Assembly (NCBI RefSeq): GCF_009834535.1 | Contig: NC_045697.1 | Coordinates: 12,712,001-12,776,000 of the forward strand | Length of the DNA stretch: 64,000 nt | Reading direction: 5' to 3' | Origin: Camelus ferus | Taxonomy: Eukaryota | Shown here: positions 37,659 to 50,950 of the stretch, piece by piece | How positions within the stretch are numbered: the first letter of the stretch is position 1 | How the letters are laid out: every line of letters begins with the position of its first letter | Made by a program: the position numbers and the translations under genes | Notes under the pieces: generated by a model | Database searches by the model: none | Told to the model about the DNA's origin: nothing | Seen by the model: only the letters and a program-made list of their open reading frames with translations

Positions 37659-38156
37659 TGTCGAGTGGAATCAACGCACAGCCTAAAAGCTGAGAGTTAG
37701 ATTTTATTTGGCGGACATTTCTGAGGACGCGAACCCCTTTCGGCCTGGGGTGACAGCCTCTCAGATCGCTCTGAGGGACTGCTCCGAAGAGGTAGGGGAG
37801 AAGCCAGGATATATAGGAGCTTTACAACAAAGACCAGGTAGTTGGAACAATAAAAGATTACTTGTTAACTAAAGAAAACCAGACATCTCAAGTTAAAGAA
37901 TGTAGCGCTTTTCTGTGTCTGGGAGGGAGCAAACATTTGGGCTCATTGTATTCATTCCTTTGACAAATATCTAGCTACCTAGGGCCAGTATCCTGTCCTT
38001 TCTTATTCTGAGTCCCCTTGGAGTGCACCATTGTGAGTGGCTGCAGAGACCAGGCTGCAGGCTAGTCTTCAATGGGGGGTGGCAGCAGCCGCTCAGGACT
38101 TGCTGGTTTCAGCATTCTTTGTTTACTGATGTGGTTTGCAGTATTTTTCATTCACA
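37659..38156 (-). mobile_element. Young ERV1-type solo LTR (498 bp) with intact TSD
   Basis: TG...CA ends; perfect 4-bp TSD GACC (37655-37658, 38157-38160); antisense AATAAA and TATA ('ggatatatagg'); CpGs retained; an L2 fragment lies directly to the left. Confidence 0.9.
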
Positions 38157-38799
38157 GACCCGGTGGGGCCCCTGCGGATCTTATTTATATGCTTTTAAGA
38201 AGTTCACACCCCTTGAATATTTTATTTCCCTGAGACTCTCAGTCCTGTAGGCTGAATTTTTTCCCTCTCTTTCTTCTGAGGAATAAGTGATTAAAAGGCA
38301 GTTAGTTAATGAGCTTGAGATAATTGTTCATTAAGTTGTAAACACTAGTCATATTGAGAAGTGACTTTAACTAGCCTTACGACTTGGGTAATACCTAAGT
38401 GCTAGCACACAGGACTGAACTGCAGCAGGTTTCCTTGTTGTAAATTTTGCTCTCAGTTGTATACTTAGGATAAGACATAGACCTCTGGGTGCTAAGCACA
38501 GTATCAGACAAGCAATACAGTCAGTAATCACTCACTGAGGGAAGGAAGCAAAGAAGGAAGGAAGAAGGAAAAGAAGGAAGGGAGGGGAGAAGGAAGGAAA
38601 CGGGAAAGAAGAAGAGTTTGAATGAATGCGTTGTTTCACAGCCTGTTTTGTGACTAGATTACAAGAAACCACAACTCCTGTTTCTTGTGCGTGATCTGCC
38701 ATGCCAAAAATTGATGCTTATTAAGCATGTCTGGTGCATTATTTAAACTGCTAGGATCGATGCAAAAATAGAAAAACATAGATAGCTGTGTCATTTGAG

Positions 38800-39015
38800 T
38801 CGGTGGCCAGAGACTTCAGTTAGACTCTTAGTTTGGCAGTTTACTCGCTGGGTGGTCCTTGGCTTGATACTTTAACCTCTGTGGGTCTCAAATTCCACAT
38901 CTGTTGTTTGAGCATCATATCCATCCTGCAATCGTTTTGTGGCAATGAAATGGGATAGTTATGAAACTACTTAGCAGAGATCCAAGCACATAATACATAC
39001 TCAATAAATGTTAAT
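38800..39015 (+). mobile_element. MIR SINE
   Basis: 'ctttaacctctgtgggtctcaaattccacatctg...ttagcagagatccaagcacataatacatactcaataaatgtta'. Confidence 0.8.
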
Positions 39016-39606
39016 GCAATATGCATTTTAAGAATACTCCACTTTCCTTTTTAATTCACATTTTAAATTTGCAAAAAAGTACATGTTTTGAATAATAAAT
39101 ATCCACTTTAATGATACGCATATACTCTCATCGGTGTTGAGCATCATTCTTATCTCTGTGAAATTATTTTTCCATTACAACTTACCCATTGTAGTATCCC
39201 AATATATTTTTATTTTGAAAGACTTTAATTGATCCAGCATCTTTCTCTGATGTAATAAAAGTTTGCAAACAAGTTGGAAATTAAAATAATTTATTAAAAT
39301 AATTAAAACATCAAGCTCTAAATGTTTTGTAGTTTCTTCTGGATGAGATTCACAATTCAAAAATTAATGTGCAATTGATAAAAAAGAACATAAGCATTAA
39401 AATATTGCTAATATATATTAAATGCAAAAGGTAAAAATTTGTTAGAAATGCATTTCTTGTTGAGATGGGCAGAGCTGGATTATCAAGGTTTGATTAAGGG
39501 ACACTTCCCTGAAGTCCCTATTTTGAATTGTCCTTTTGTTACATACACCAGAGGTTCCCCTCTTTAGAGCAACTCACCACAGTTACATTAGAAATGAGGT
39601 CATCTT

Positions 39607-40160
39607 TGTTACTGAACTCAAGTTCGGCTGTTCGCCACTCAAAAGCCAATACTTGAGAGGCCAAGTGTTGGTAGAAAGAAAAGTTGCTTTAATCAGAAAG
39701 CTAGCAATTTGGGGAGAAGGTGGCGTCATATCCTAGAAAGAACTCCAAAGATTCTGCTCAGCTATGACATTTTTTAAAAGGAAAAAAGAGGGAAGAATCT
39801 CAGTGAATCACTGAGGCAGGAGGTTGGACTCCACATCATTCTCCATTGGGTGCAGACTGGCTGACTCATTATCTTTCTTAGATGTTATCTTACCTGTATG
39901 ATCTGCCTGCTGGATTTCTAAAGAGGCTTCTGAGGGGTGGAGAGCTAGTCATTCTTTAACTGTTTAATTCTTCATTCTTATTTCTTTTAATCCAGGAAAA
40001 GAATCACCAGGTTTGGCAAGGCATGCTGTGCATTCAGGAGAGCGTAAGTCAGGACTTAGGTTAAATTGTCCTAGTGATCGCGTTTCTATAATTGGGTTCT
40101 TCTAGGGTTCGAAGGGAGCAGGAATGGGCAAACAGGAAAGCGGAAGAAGAGCTGCTTTCA
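39607..40160 (-). mobile_element. ERV1-type solo LTR (554 bp) with intact TSD
   Basis: TGTTACTGAA...GCTTTCA ends; perfect 4-bp TSD TCTT (39603-39606, 40161-40164); antisense ATTAAA near the left end. Confidence 0.85.
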
Positions 40161-40859
40161 TCTTCTTTCAAGGAATCGCGGTTGTGAAACAGGAAGTGAA
40201 GGAGATCTTGTTAGTCACATTCTTGCACGGTTTCACATTATGAAATATGACATATGTTGAGGATACGGAAATTGATTCCCTAAAAATTATCTGTGCACAT
40301 TTAACCTTGAGGTGAAGGCAATTATGATGAGGAAGCAAAGATAAATAAGACAAATAGGAATTAAAACACAGCACCTTGCTTTTCTGTGTTTTTGTAGCAT
40401 TTTTAATTCCTTTTCTAAGTATAATATAAACATGCCAGTAGAAATTTCTACTGTATAGTAACTTTTAATGGACAACTGAGATGCAAACAAGTAACATATA
40501 AACCCAAGATTCTCTGATAAATGCTATACTTCGTGTGTTACACTTTTAATGTATTTTAGGAATATATTTGCATTTTAAGCATTTTTCATTATATACTATA
40601 TATTTGTAAATAGATTTTCTTTTCCAAGATAAACATTTAAATCTCCATATTTTTATGTAAGAACAGAATTTTATGATTTTCTTCATTATAATTCAGTTCA
40701 AATATATTCCAACTTCCCATGTGATGTATTTGACCCATGAAATTTGTACAAATATGTTATTTAATTTCAAAATAATTTGGAGTTCTTTTGGGGCAGCCCT
40801 TGGTATCCCTTTGTCTTTTCTCAAACCAGAAAGATGCTATTAATATGTAAGTCAGATTA

Positions 40860-41040
40860 CTACATTTTTCAAAGTTTGGACAACATAGATTTTTACAGCT
40901 CACCATTATTTTATGTATGTCTAAGGTAGAAAAATGGTTACCATGTAATACAGCATTGATTTCAAGACATGTCTCTATTTCAGTGATGTTTAAATGTGAA
41001 AAACAAAACAAAACCTATTCTTTGGAATTGATGAAATGTA
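40860..41040. mobile_element. MER104-like TcMar-Tc2 MITE
   Basis: 'caccattattttatgta...gatttcaagacatgtctctatttcagtgatgtttaaatgtgaaaaa...ggaattgatgaaatgta'. Confidence 0.65.
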
Positions 41041-41049
41041 TTATTGTCT

Positions 41050-41485
41050 CCTTAGCTCAAAACTCATGACCTTCGACCTCTCAGTAGAATCCATAGGAAT
41101 TACAACAGCCCACCAGCCCTGAAGTATGCTACCACTTCCCCTACCTGCCTCCTTACCTCTCTCCTTATCTCTTGCTACACTCACTTCTTGCTTATACAGC
41201 TCTTGTCACTCTAGTCAATCTGAACTTGCTGTCCTCAAAGGCTCTGGACATACTCTTACTTCAGAACCTTTCAAATATCCTATTTCTTCCCCCAAATGTC
41301 AATTTTCTCTTTGCCAAATCACCATGTAATTTACTCTCTCATCTTTCTCAAGTCTTGACTCAACTCTCACCTTCTCAGTGAGCCCTAACCCACCCACCGT
41401 GTTGAATTTGCTAGCACCCGTTTTCTCTCCTATCTTCCTAATCTTCCTTCCTCTTTTCTTTCTCACCATTGCACTTATCAGAATT
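41050..41485 (+). mobile_element. L2 (L2a-like) fragment
   Basis: 'gctcaaaactc...ctttctcaagtcttgactcaactctcaccttctcagtgagccct...ctcaccattgcacttatca'. Confidence 0.7.
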
Positions 41486-41939
41486 TAAGCTATGACAGAA
41501 AAACCCTACAGAATATCTCCCAATTAAGATTTTCCTAGTGGAATACCTCTTGGTTATTAATACCCAGACTCCACAGAGCATTTCTGAATGCAGTATTTTT
41601 TTTAGCCAATGTTTGAAAAGAAAACAAAATTTATCCCCACAAGTCTAAATACAATATTTTTAAACAAAACAATGTGCATGAACAGTCTTGAGTTATATTC
41701 CAAATACAACTGGTGGAACATTAAAATTTCAAGAAGTGAGAGTTGAATGTCCACTAAGGAGATGTACATCATGACACTGCACAGCCAGAAGCCACAATAT
41801 TTATTAACAACATCATCAATTTTTTCTGGTGAGCAAAAGCAGTGCTTTAAGCATTTCACATCCCAATGTAAACATTTGATATTAATATTTAGGTATTTGA
41901 CTGTACTTTAATTATGTTGGGTGATATTTATTGGGTTTG

Positions 41940-44200
41940 GGGGCTGTCAGTTTTAAGTGAGGCCTGAAGCAAAAAGGGCACTGTACAGGCCTAGCTCAAG
42001 AGACAGTCAGCTCTGCTGTTGGGTCATGTGGTCCTGCAGACTCTGTGGTGTTGGAATTGCCTGTCCGGGGCAAGGATGCATTGTGGAGTTTATGGCGAGC
42101 TCCAGTGGGAGAATTACAACACAAACTCCTGAGATTCTGAAGTAAGGAAGGCTGTGCCATCTACCACAGATGATTACATGTCATTTGAGAAATAGCTTGT
42201 GGCATGTTATTAGGTTCTGGTAGGGATGGATCATTTTACCATTAGGTACCAAGTGATCCTACAGCTAGAACTTCTCATTATGACCTCAGTTCTGACATAC
42301 TCATCAAGCCATGAAGATGGACAAGTCCAGCAGTTATCTATCATGAGATGGAAATGCTATGTGTGGAATGGAACATTAGAAGGACCAGAGGACATGTGTA
42401 CACTACATGTCTCCCACCACGGTTGCACCAATGCACCTTCCCAGGCTTACACCTATGCCCTCAAGGGAGTTCTTAAGAACATTTGAAGGAGAAGAAAAAT
42501 AGATGGGTTTGGTTCATGAGTGGATTGGCTTGGTACATGGGTGAAGCTGAAAATAGATGATAAAAACATTACAGCCCCATTGAAAGGTGGAATGGGGAGG
42601 GGAAATCTTCCCAGTGGGTGGAGAGGCAAGCAGGGTACCCACTCATCCACTTGATGTGAAAGGAGCGGTGGCTTGAGGAGAGATAATGTAGAGATTCCTG
42701 GGCAGTGGCAAATGACCTGACCTTCTGGCCGGGGGACTGGAAGACAAGACTCTTTGGGACAGAGGCATGTGGATGGACATATGAAGATGGACATCAAATG
42801 TCTTTCTGATGATTGTATCATCAGTTAATGCCTAACAGGAAGTAGCTACTTAGAAAAGGCACTGAAAACTTATGTAGACAACATTACTCTAACCATTAAA
42901 ATTTGGACGCTCAAAACTGGCTTGATGAGCACATGACGAGTGGCATGGAGGCAGAGATGGAGGCTGTGTATGGGCCAGTAACACAGACAGCCCACTACTA
43001 AGGCTGATCCAGCTATTTCTGTCTCTGAGTGTCCAATATTTTAGCAACAAAAATGAACACTGAGCCCAAACCCTTACAAGGAACTATTCCTCAAGGAGAT
43101 CATCTGGCCAGTTGGTTCCAGTTTGACAACATCAGGCCCCTTCATCTTGGATCAGTCATTCATCTATTTCAGGCATAGACTTGCTTTTCTTGCCTGCAGT
43201 GTCTTAGTTATGACCACTATCAGGTGCTTATGAAATGCCAGATCCACTGCCTTGGGATCAATCCCACACAACATAGCATCCAACCAGGGGAACTTTATGG
43301 TGAAGGAGGTACTGGAGTGGGCCCATGGCCATTGGGTCCACTGGTCATATCACGTACTGCATCATCCAAAGGCAGTTGGCCCCCTAGAACACCAGAATAA
43401 CCTTTGAGCTGTACAAGTGAAGTACTAGTTCACAGGAAACACTCTGAAAAGATGGTGTGCTATTCTTTTGGATGTAGTGTATCTATTAAATCAGAAACCT
43501 CGTATGGCATTGTGTTCATACAAGAACAGATGGATGGGTCCAAGAACTAAGATATAGAAGCAGAAGTGGCTTCGTTTACCAACATTCACAATAAGACACT
43601 AGGGGATTTTTCCTTATTGTCTCCTTAACTCTAAGCTCTGCTGAGTTGAAGTTCTTAGTCTCAAAATAAACCAACAGTTATAGCAAAGGTCTCACTGAAT
43701 TACAATTTACAACTAATGCCAGGGTTCTTTGGATTCTTTGTGCCCAGAGACCATCAGGCAAAAAGAGGTATTGACATATTATAGGGCAAATGACTCCAAT
43801 CAGGAGGAACAGACAAGGGCTGCTTATACACAGTGGTAGCAGGGAGGATTACATGAGGAACCCAGGTGATCTACTTGGGTGCTTCCTGGCTCACCCTTGT
43901 CCCATTGTAACTGTGAATGGTTAGATACAGCAAGCCTGAACTGAGAAGGATGTGAGGATCAGGTGTTCCAATTCTTCAGGTACTACGGTTTGGATTAAAC
44001 CATCAGGATAAGCCACCAAAATGTGCGAAGATGATCGCTGGGGTGAGGGGAATTTCTAGTGCCTGTTGGAAATGGGAGAAGATGAGTGCCCGCTGTGCTC
44101 TGAGCTCAGCTGCTGCCCCAGTAGTTGTGTCCCCCCATTAAACTCCTTTTCCTAAGTTCTCACTCAGGCCAGCACCTCCCAAAAGCTGTGATGAGAGCTG
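41940..44200 (+). mobile_element. Decayed ERVL internal segment: RT end, RNase H, integrase, dUTPase
   Basis: 'gggaaatcttcccagtggg' (GKSSQW, RNase H); 'ccactggtcatatcacgtactgcatcatccaaaggcagttggc' (HWSYHVLHHPKAVG, integrase); dUTPase-like text at about 43650-43940; many stops and frameshifts. Confidence 0.8.
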
Positions 44201-44422
44201 CTCACTGGTATAGATTACAGTCAGTTCCAGTTTGAGTTGGTCTTTCTCAAAAAGACTTCTTCCAAAAGTTAACATTTTGCAAGAAGGGATAAATAATCAT
44301 TACTACCCAATCTGTTATAATCTGTAAATAGAACGTCTGTGGTCACAGTAATGTAAACATGTTTAATTACACTGGGAAGTACAGAGTAATAAAAATATGG
44401 GAGTGTAGGTGAGAGAGAGAGG

Positions 44423-44424
<2 letters not shown>

Positions 44425-44465
<41 letters not shown>
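44425..44465. repeat. (TG)n microsatellite, about 20 units
   Basis: Direct reading. Confidence 0.95.
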
Positions 44466-44468
<3 letters not shown>

Positions 44469-45919
44469 AAGCTGACAAAGGAAAAGGAAATAGAGCTAAA
44501 TCTTATCTTCTGCGGAGAAGGCAACAGATTAGACATCAAACTTAAAAAGCATGTAATGGTGGTAAAAGTATGATATGAAAGAGAAGGCAAATAAGAATAT
44601 TCAGCTCAAAAAATTGAGAGTGATTATTCTGGGGAAGGAAAAATGTAGAATGAGATTCCTCTTTGTTTTAAAAGAAGTATTCTTTCTTAAATATGTGCAT
44701 GGCTATTTCTGATTGAAAACAAAAAAGAACAAAAGAAAATCTGATTGTCTCCTGAGTAATATGAATATTTCAGGATGGTTTCACTTCTTTTTAATCCCTT
44801 ATCCCACCTCCTCTTTATAATGAACAATTCAGGATTTTCAATTCAGTATTATTAGCGTTAAATTATATATTATAATGTCATTTATCTTCTGATTCATGTA
44901 TATATTTATAATGATTTTATAATTATATTAATAGCATTTTAGATGGAGCTGTATTCCAGTTGTTTCTCTCCTTCCTTCCTTCCCTCTTTTCTTCTTTTCT
45001 TCCTTCCTTCTTTACCTTTTTACTAAATTTTATTTTGTCATTCTCCAGTTCTTTGTTTTGTCCAGCTGGACTAAACCTTTGGAATTTTTAAAAGTACATT
45101 CAAGGAAGGCAAATGGACACCAGCATCCTGGGATAAAATTCCAGAGACAGCATTATATAAGGACATTGCAGCCAAAAAGTGCTGTATTTCAAGTGAGCAA
45201 GGATGATGTGCTTTGGTAATTGGTGTTGGATGAGTTGAAACTCGTCTTCTGTGATAATAAAGGCACTGATGTTGACTATGCATGTAAACGATAAGAATAA
45301 AATAGATTCATAAACTGAGTTGAAAAAGCAATATTTTAAATTCAAACACTATTTTTGTAAAACTATTTTACATAAGAGTGTATGACATATAACCTAATTA
45401 TTACCAATATGTGTTTGAATATTTTAAACATATCCATAGAAGCATAAAATATCAAATTTGTGAAAAACTTTCCTTTGAATATTCCCACTGAAGAAAATGT
45501 TCTTAATCTTTAGGTAGAGATATATGGTATTGACTATTCAATCTACAAGTGATCCCATGAGTTACAGTCCTTACAGTGCAGGTAAACAAAGGGAGGCTAG
45601 AAATTTAAACGTATACCCAGTGTCATACAGCTAGTAGAAGGGAGGTGAGAGTTGAACTCAGTTCTAACGCACACTCAACAAACTTATGACAACTTAATAT
45701 CATCTATACCAGTTCTTTTCTTTAAGAGACATGGTGTTAAAATCTGAACTAGGGATGGGAAAGTCTGGGCAGACAGGATTTCAGTTACAGGACAGTCTTA
45801 GGTTGAAGATTACAGTAGTGCTTCTGGGAAGGAAGAGTAGAACTCTGAAGAGATCAGCATTCAAGTGAGGAGGCATACAGTAAAACACAACAAATCTGTG
45901 GGCAGATGGCGCTCACCTT

Positions 45920-46325
45920 ACCATTATCCCATAAAGCATTCCTTGCCAGGACTTCCACCAATGCCATGCCCTGTCTTTTCTCTAATTGCCTGGAGTCTCC
46001 TGCTCCTCCATCAAGGCCTTCTCGAGTTTCTGCTCTGCTAAGATGCCTTCTCTAATCTGTCTCCTCCTTCCTCTGAGCCCCATTGTGCACATACCTGCCA
46101 TCATTACCATCATCATCTTCATCTAGTAACTGATACGATAATAATTTATTTGCATGTCTAGCTCCACACTGGGTTGTAAGATCCTTGAGGGCAGCAAGTT
46201 TAGGTTCTTTAAAAGCATTTCTCTGCACAGCCTAGCTGAGTATCTGGAACGTAACATGTAACCAATAGTAGGGCTTGGATTTGAACCTAGCTCTGGTTAT
46301 CACATGAATGACTGAGTGAATAATA
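45920..46325 (+). mobile_element. L2 3' fragment
   Basis: 'gatgccttctctaatc...tttgcatgtctagctccacactgggttgtaagatccttgagggcag...tgaatgactgagtgaa'. Confidence 0.7.
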
Positions 46326-48720
46326 ATTTCCCTTTTATGTGGGCAGTGGAGATTTAGAGTACATTTGAAAGAATTTTTTTCTTGTTTTGATATTTTTTTA
46401 ACCTGGAGAAAAAGTTTTGTTATGTTTCACAGAATGGTGGATTATGTTTCAAAACTCAGGTGATAATATAATGTGTAATCATCTATCATTCTGTAATGTG
46501 TTTTCTAGAGCTAGTTGTGTTTTATCATCTTGAATATTTGGACCTTACACTGGGAGCATGAGGTATTGAGATATTAGATTGGGACATAAAGGATGCGCAG
46601 CATATGGTCATGTTGTGGGGTGAGTGGCACACTCCTTCCCATCATACCCCCCAAGAGACACTTATGGAAATTCCTTCTGCTCTTAATCTGCAAGCTCTTA
46701 AAATTACAGAACCAGCTTTCCTACTAGACACTTTGACATAATTGAGTGGAAAAAAAAAAACTAATTGCATTAAACTGATAGTAGAAAATGAGCCCCAGTG
46801 GATGACGCTATACAGGTGCATATTCTGAATTGTCAAGGTGTCATGGTGCCACCAGTTGTTCTTTGATCAATCAATCTGAAGGAGAAGACAGAGGGTTTAT
46901 GTTGGAGACCGTTTTTCAGAAGAACTGACTGCTTGGAGGTTTGAGCACCAACATGGGAGGTAAGCATTGTTCCCCCCAGGATGTGCTGTCCTTCCCATGG
47001 GCAGTCATTTTTATTCATGTTATAGAAACACAACCACAGACTCTAAAGAGTTTGTTCTAGGAAGTTATTCAGTTCTGCAGCTAACCAACACTTCTGTGCT
47101 CTCCTATAAAGACATCTCAAACGTGCTTTTTGTCCCTCACACCTAATTTATGCAAAGGAACTCTTGCCCTGAGGGCTGCTCTGTTTTTTAATGAACTCAC
47201 TTTGATGACAAGTAAATGTGGCAGGTATTTCAGGAAGCACACATCGCAGTTCGTCCAGGGATGGTTTAACTTTGAAATTCCTTCACATGTGTAATATCTC
47301 TGAGCCTAACATTCTGATTGAAATGTATAGACTTTATTTCCTTTTTCATCTCTTCCCATCTGAAACATTATCTTCCTAACTTATCATTGTTGGGCTGGGA
47401 GTGAGGAAAAGTTTAGTTTGCCTCTGCCAAAAAATGGCCACTTGACCCTGCATATGTCATGAAGTAAACTTCTCTGTGCCTCAAATTTTGAACCTTTAAA
47501 TGAGTTGGTGACAGTGGTAGGGGGAGGGGGCGTGATGTTGGATGAGATGACCCCTCCATGGCTTCAGATACCACTTCTGTGCTGAGGATTTAAACATCTG
47601 GATCCTCAGCCCAGTTTTTGAAACATGGGTGAGAATCTTCAGTCAAATATTCCAACACCTCAAGGCCAGCATGCGTAACTTGGCCAAGTATCTTTTCTGT
47701 TTTCCTCCGTGGTTATGAATAATGTCTCCAGCCGCCCAGAAAGATACTTTGATGTCATCCTCAGAATTACAACTGCATTACCTACCACATATGAGTCTGT
47801 GTGAGTTTTGCCCTAAATTTCTCCTCATTCATGGCTCCTGTATTAGATCAGTTATGATGAACTTAAAGCTGCATCACTGTTTAATAAAGACAATATTTTC
47901 ATAATACTTCTTGATATATTTCCTCTTTGAAATAGCTACAGCTTTTCACTGTTAAGACTAGATCATGAGACTGAAGTAAGCCATGAGAGAGCGAAGGCTT
48001 AGAAAGCCCTCCTCTGGCCTGGGTGTCAGACAGGGAAAGGGGACTCAAAGGGCTTCAGGGGAGCGTCATTCTCCACTTAGAACGGCATACCTCGGGGCAA
48101 TTCCAACATTGCATTTTGCAAGATACCAGGGTATTCTGATGCATGGGAAGTGGTTTACACAGGACTAAAGAAGGTTCTAGATGGAGTTAAGTGGACTCCC
48201 AAACAAGTGGAGGCCTGGGGTTGAGATGAGGAGGACACAGGGGAAGGGACTTGGGACCTAGAACTAGCAGCTGTGGCACAGATGTCAACACGAAGTAGAA
48301 TGTGTAAACACAATCAGGCAGGGATTTTGCCTCCTTTACTTATTATTATATATTTCCAGGACCTAGAACACTGCCAGGTAAATACTAGGTACCCCTAAAT
48401 GTTTATTAATTAAATAGGTATGACAAGATACCCAAAAGAATCAGACACCATCAGCTGTACTTCTGCAGACATCTTCACAGGATATCCAGAGACAAGATAG
48501 GGTGACGACTCTGGGAGACAGGAGAAGCCTTGGAGGCCAACGCATGGATCTGGAGCTGACGCCAGACTAGTATGTAAATTCCCCACTTCCACCTCAAGAC
48601 TTAGTTCCTAAGTTAAGGAAAAGAGGAAAGTCAACAAATTCTGAGTTCCTCTGTGCTTAAGCTGATAAAAGAGATTTCAAAAATATAGAAGAGCACAAAT
48701 TATCCTTTATTGACTATTTT

Positions 48721-48880
48721 TTTAATTTTTGTCTGTTCATTATTGTACTATTTAGTTATTTTATTTTGGCAGTGGGAGATAATTAGATTTATTTATTTTC
48801 AGAGGAGGTGCTGGGGATTGAACCCAGGACCTGGAGCATGGTAAGCATGCACTCTACCACTTGAGCTATACCCTCTCCCT
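48721..48880 (-). mobile_element. Vic-1-type camelid tRNA-derived SINE with TSD
   Basis: Minus strand reads GGGAGAGGGTATAGCTCAAGTGGTAGAG...GGGTTCAATCCCCAG (A and B boxes); 16-bp TSD ctttattgactatttt (48705-48720) / ctctattgactatttt (48881-48896). Confidence 0.9.
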
Positions 48881-49819
48881 CTCTATTGACTATTTTAATT
48901 CCTTTTCTCTTGAGAGAACATGAGGTCAGTTACAGAAAAAGGAGCTGAAAGGTATCACTTGGGCTTCCCTCAGTTCCTACCATCTCCTGCCTTCTCTCTG
49001 CTGCCAGTTTTGTTTCTTTATAAGACTCTTTAATGGCTCCGCATACCAGGGCAGAAAATTGAGTTTCAACTCCAAATGGCTTCACCATGTCTTTAATCTT
49101 GTCTCCTGTCTCCTCTATGTCTCCTCTATATCTTACATGCATTTATTTCAAGGCCACCACATTAGGTATCTACCCTGGGGGAGAGTGACTGCAAAAATCT
49201 GGTCCAGTTAGGGTCACCCTTTTCTGATTCACATCACTATGGGCTGGTGATAGCCAGTTCTCCATTGCTGGCACATACACACCAAGTCTCTCTCTCTCTC
49301 TTTCCACACACACTAAATCCCAAGTCACGGAGAAATATTTGTAGTTCCCACAAATCCACAAAGCCTCTAGTTACATTATTTCTCTATTCCCTCACTGCCT
49401 CTTCATCTCTCCCTTCCACTTTAGTGAACACGTATATATTTTAAAATCTTAACTAATGCATTACCTCCTCTGTGAATCCCTCCCTTTCCTATGCCTTGTG
49501 GCAAAATTAAGTATTATTTGATATGCAAATAATTAGCATTGTAATCAGTTATTTAGAGCCACGGGTTATGTCTTACGCATCTTAGTCTCTCTAGGACATA
49601 GTATAATAGAACCAAATAATGTTTCTTAAAAGAATGTTCTCCACAGTTTCTTCCAGCTCTAATGAGATGAGATTAAAAGAGTAATGGATTTTACAATTAG
49701 GAACACAATTGGATTGAGTTCCTAAAGAAACCTTTTGGACCACGGGTTTTACCTGATATTGATGAAGCTTCTCTTGGCATTTTCTAGGCCTGAGATAAGT
49801 CAGATTAAGTTCCAATGTT

Positions 49820-50950
49820 AAGAGGTAATACAGTGGACAGGACATGACTAGATTTGAATTTTGACTCCCATCTTGCCTACATGATAGTTATGCAACTCTG
49901 GGAAAGTTACTGGACACTTTGGACTTCAATTTCTTCTTTCATTTAAGAAAAAAATTCAGAAACAGGAAAACAAATCCTAGAGTAGGAATTGGAGAATATT
50001 GATTGGGAGAATAAAACAAGAAACGTTTTTATAATAACGAGTGCTGCAGTCACTAAGATTGGCTCTCATTTCATAATGAAACGTGATTCTGTGAAACAGT
50101 AGCTAGCGAAATGTCAAATGAAGGTTATTCCGTTAAAATGATGGTCTAGCCCAATCAAGCAAAGACAAACTCGTGCCTTTACAGAGTACAGCTATGAGTG
50201 TTTTTTTCTGTTCATGCAGTTTTCTTTGGCTGGAGGAGTTTCTGCTAGTCTTTAGTCATCCTTCCTACATTAGAACAATCTGGCTGGGAATCTCTCTCTG
50301 TGCTAATGAAAAATCACACATTTCAATGTATAATACATATTAAAGTAACTCTATAGAGAAGTCTGTGTGTGTCTGTGTGTAATTCTAATCTGTTATTTCA
50401 AAATGGGACCACGTGTTAAGGTGTTAAGGAATAAAAACATATGTAGTGTTTTGTCTTGATATCGAGCTTGGTGAAATGCAGTATATTCTACTGTAAGAAG
50501 AACTAGCTTTAAAATCAGAAAGCTGGATACTTGTCTTAGGTGCTGCACTTAAATTAGCTTGGGCAAGTAGTTTATACTTTTTGAGTATCAGTTTACCTAT
50601 CTATGAAATTAAAGTTATAATGCCTCAACCTTGTTATCTCTTACTTGTTATAAGGTTAAAAAAATTAGATAAGTAAAAAAAAATTTAACTGAAATGTACA
50701 GTAAGAGATGAAATAAAGGGAATTATTGTGAAACCCAGACCATAGCCTTTCGTGAAGACAGAGCACTGGACTCATTGTTTTTCTGCCAATTATTAACTGG
50801 ATGATCTTAGGCTGGTTACTTAGAATATTCAGTCTTCTGCAGCTTCATCTGTTAAAAAGGAGGGAGGAGTTAGTCTTGCAAATTTGTGAGAAAAATCCAC
50901 AGGGTGACATTTGTAAAAGACCTCGCATATGATGGGCATTAAAATAATAA
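49820..50950 (+). mobile_element. Three MIR remnants (about 49820-49945, 50470-50665, 50755-50950)
   Basis: MIR cores 'ctctgggaaagttact...cttcaatttcttc', 'cttgggcaagtag...tcagtttacctatctatgaaat', 'gatcttaggctggttactta...cttcatctgttaaaa'. Confidence 0.65.

Noticed and set aside
48790..48880. tRNA gene
   Set aside because: It is the tRNA-derived head of a SINE, with SINE body, tail and TSD
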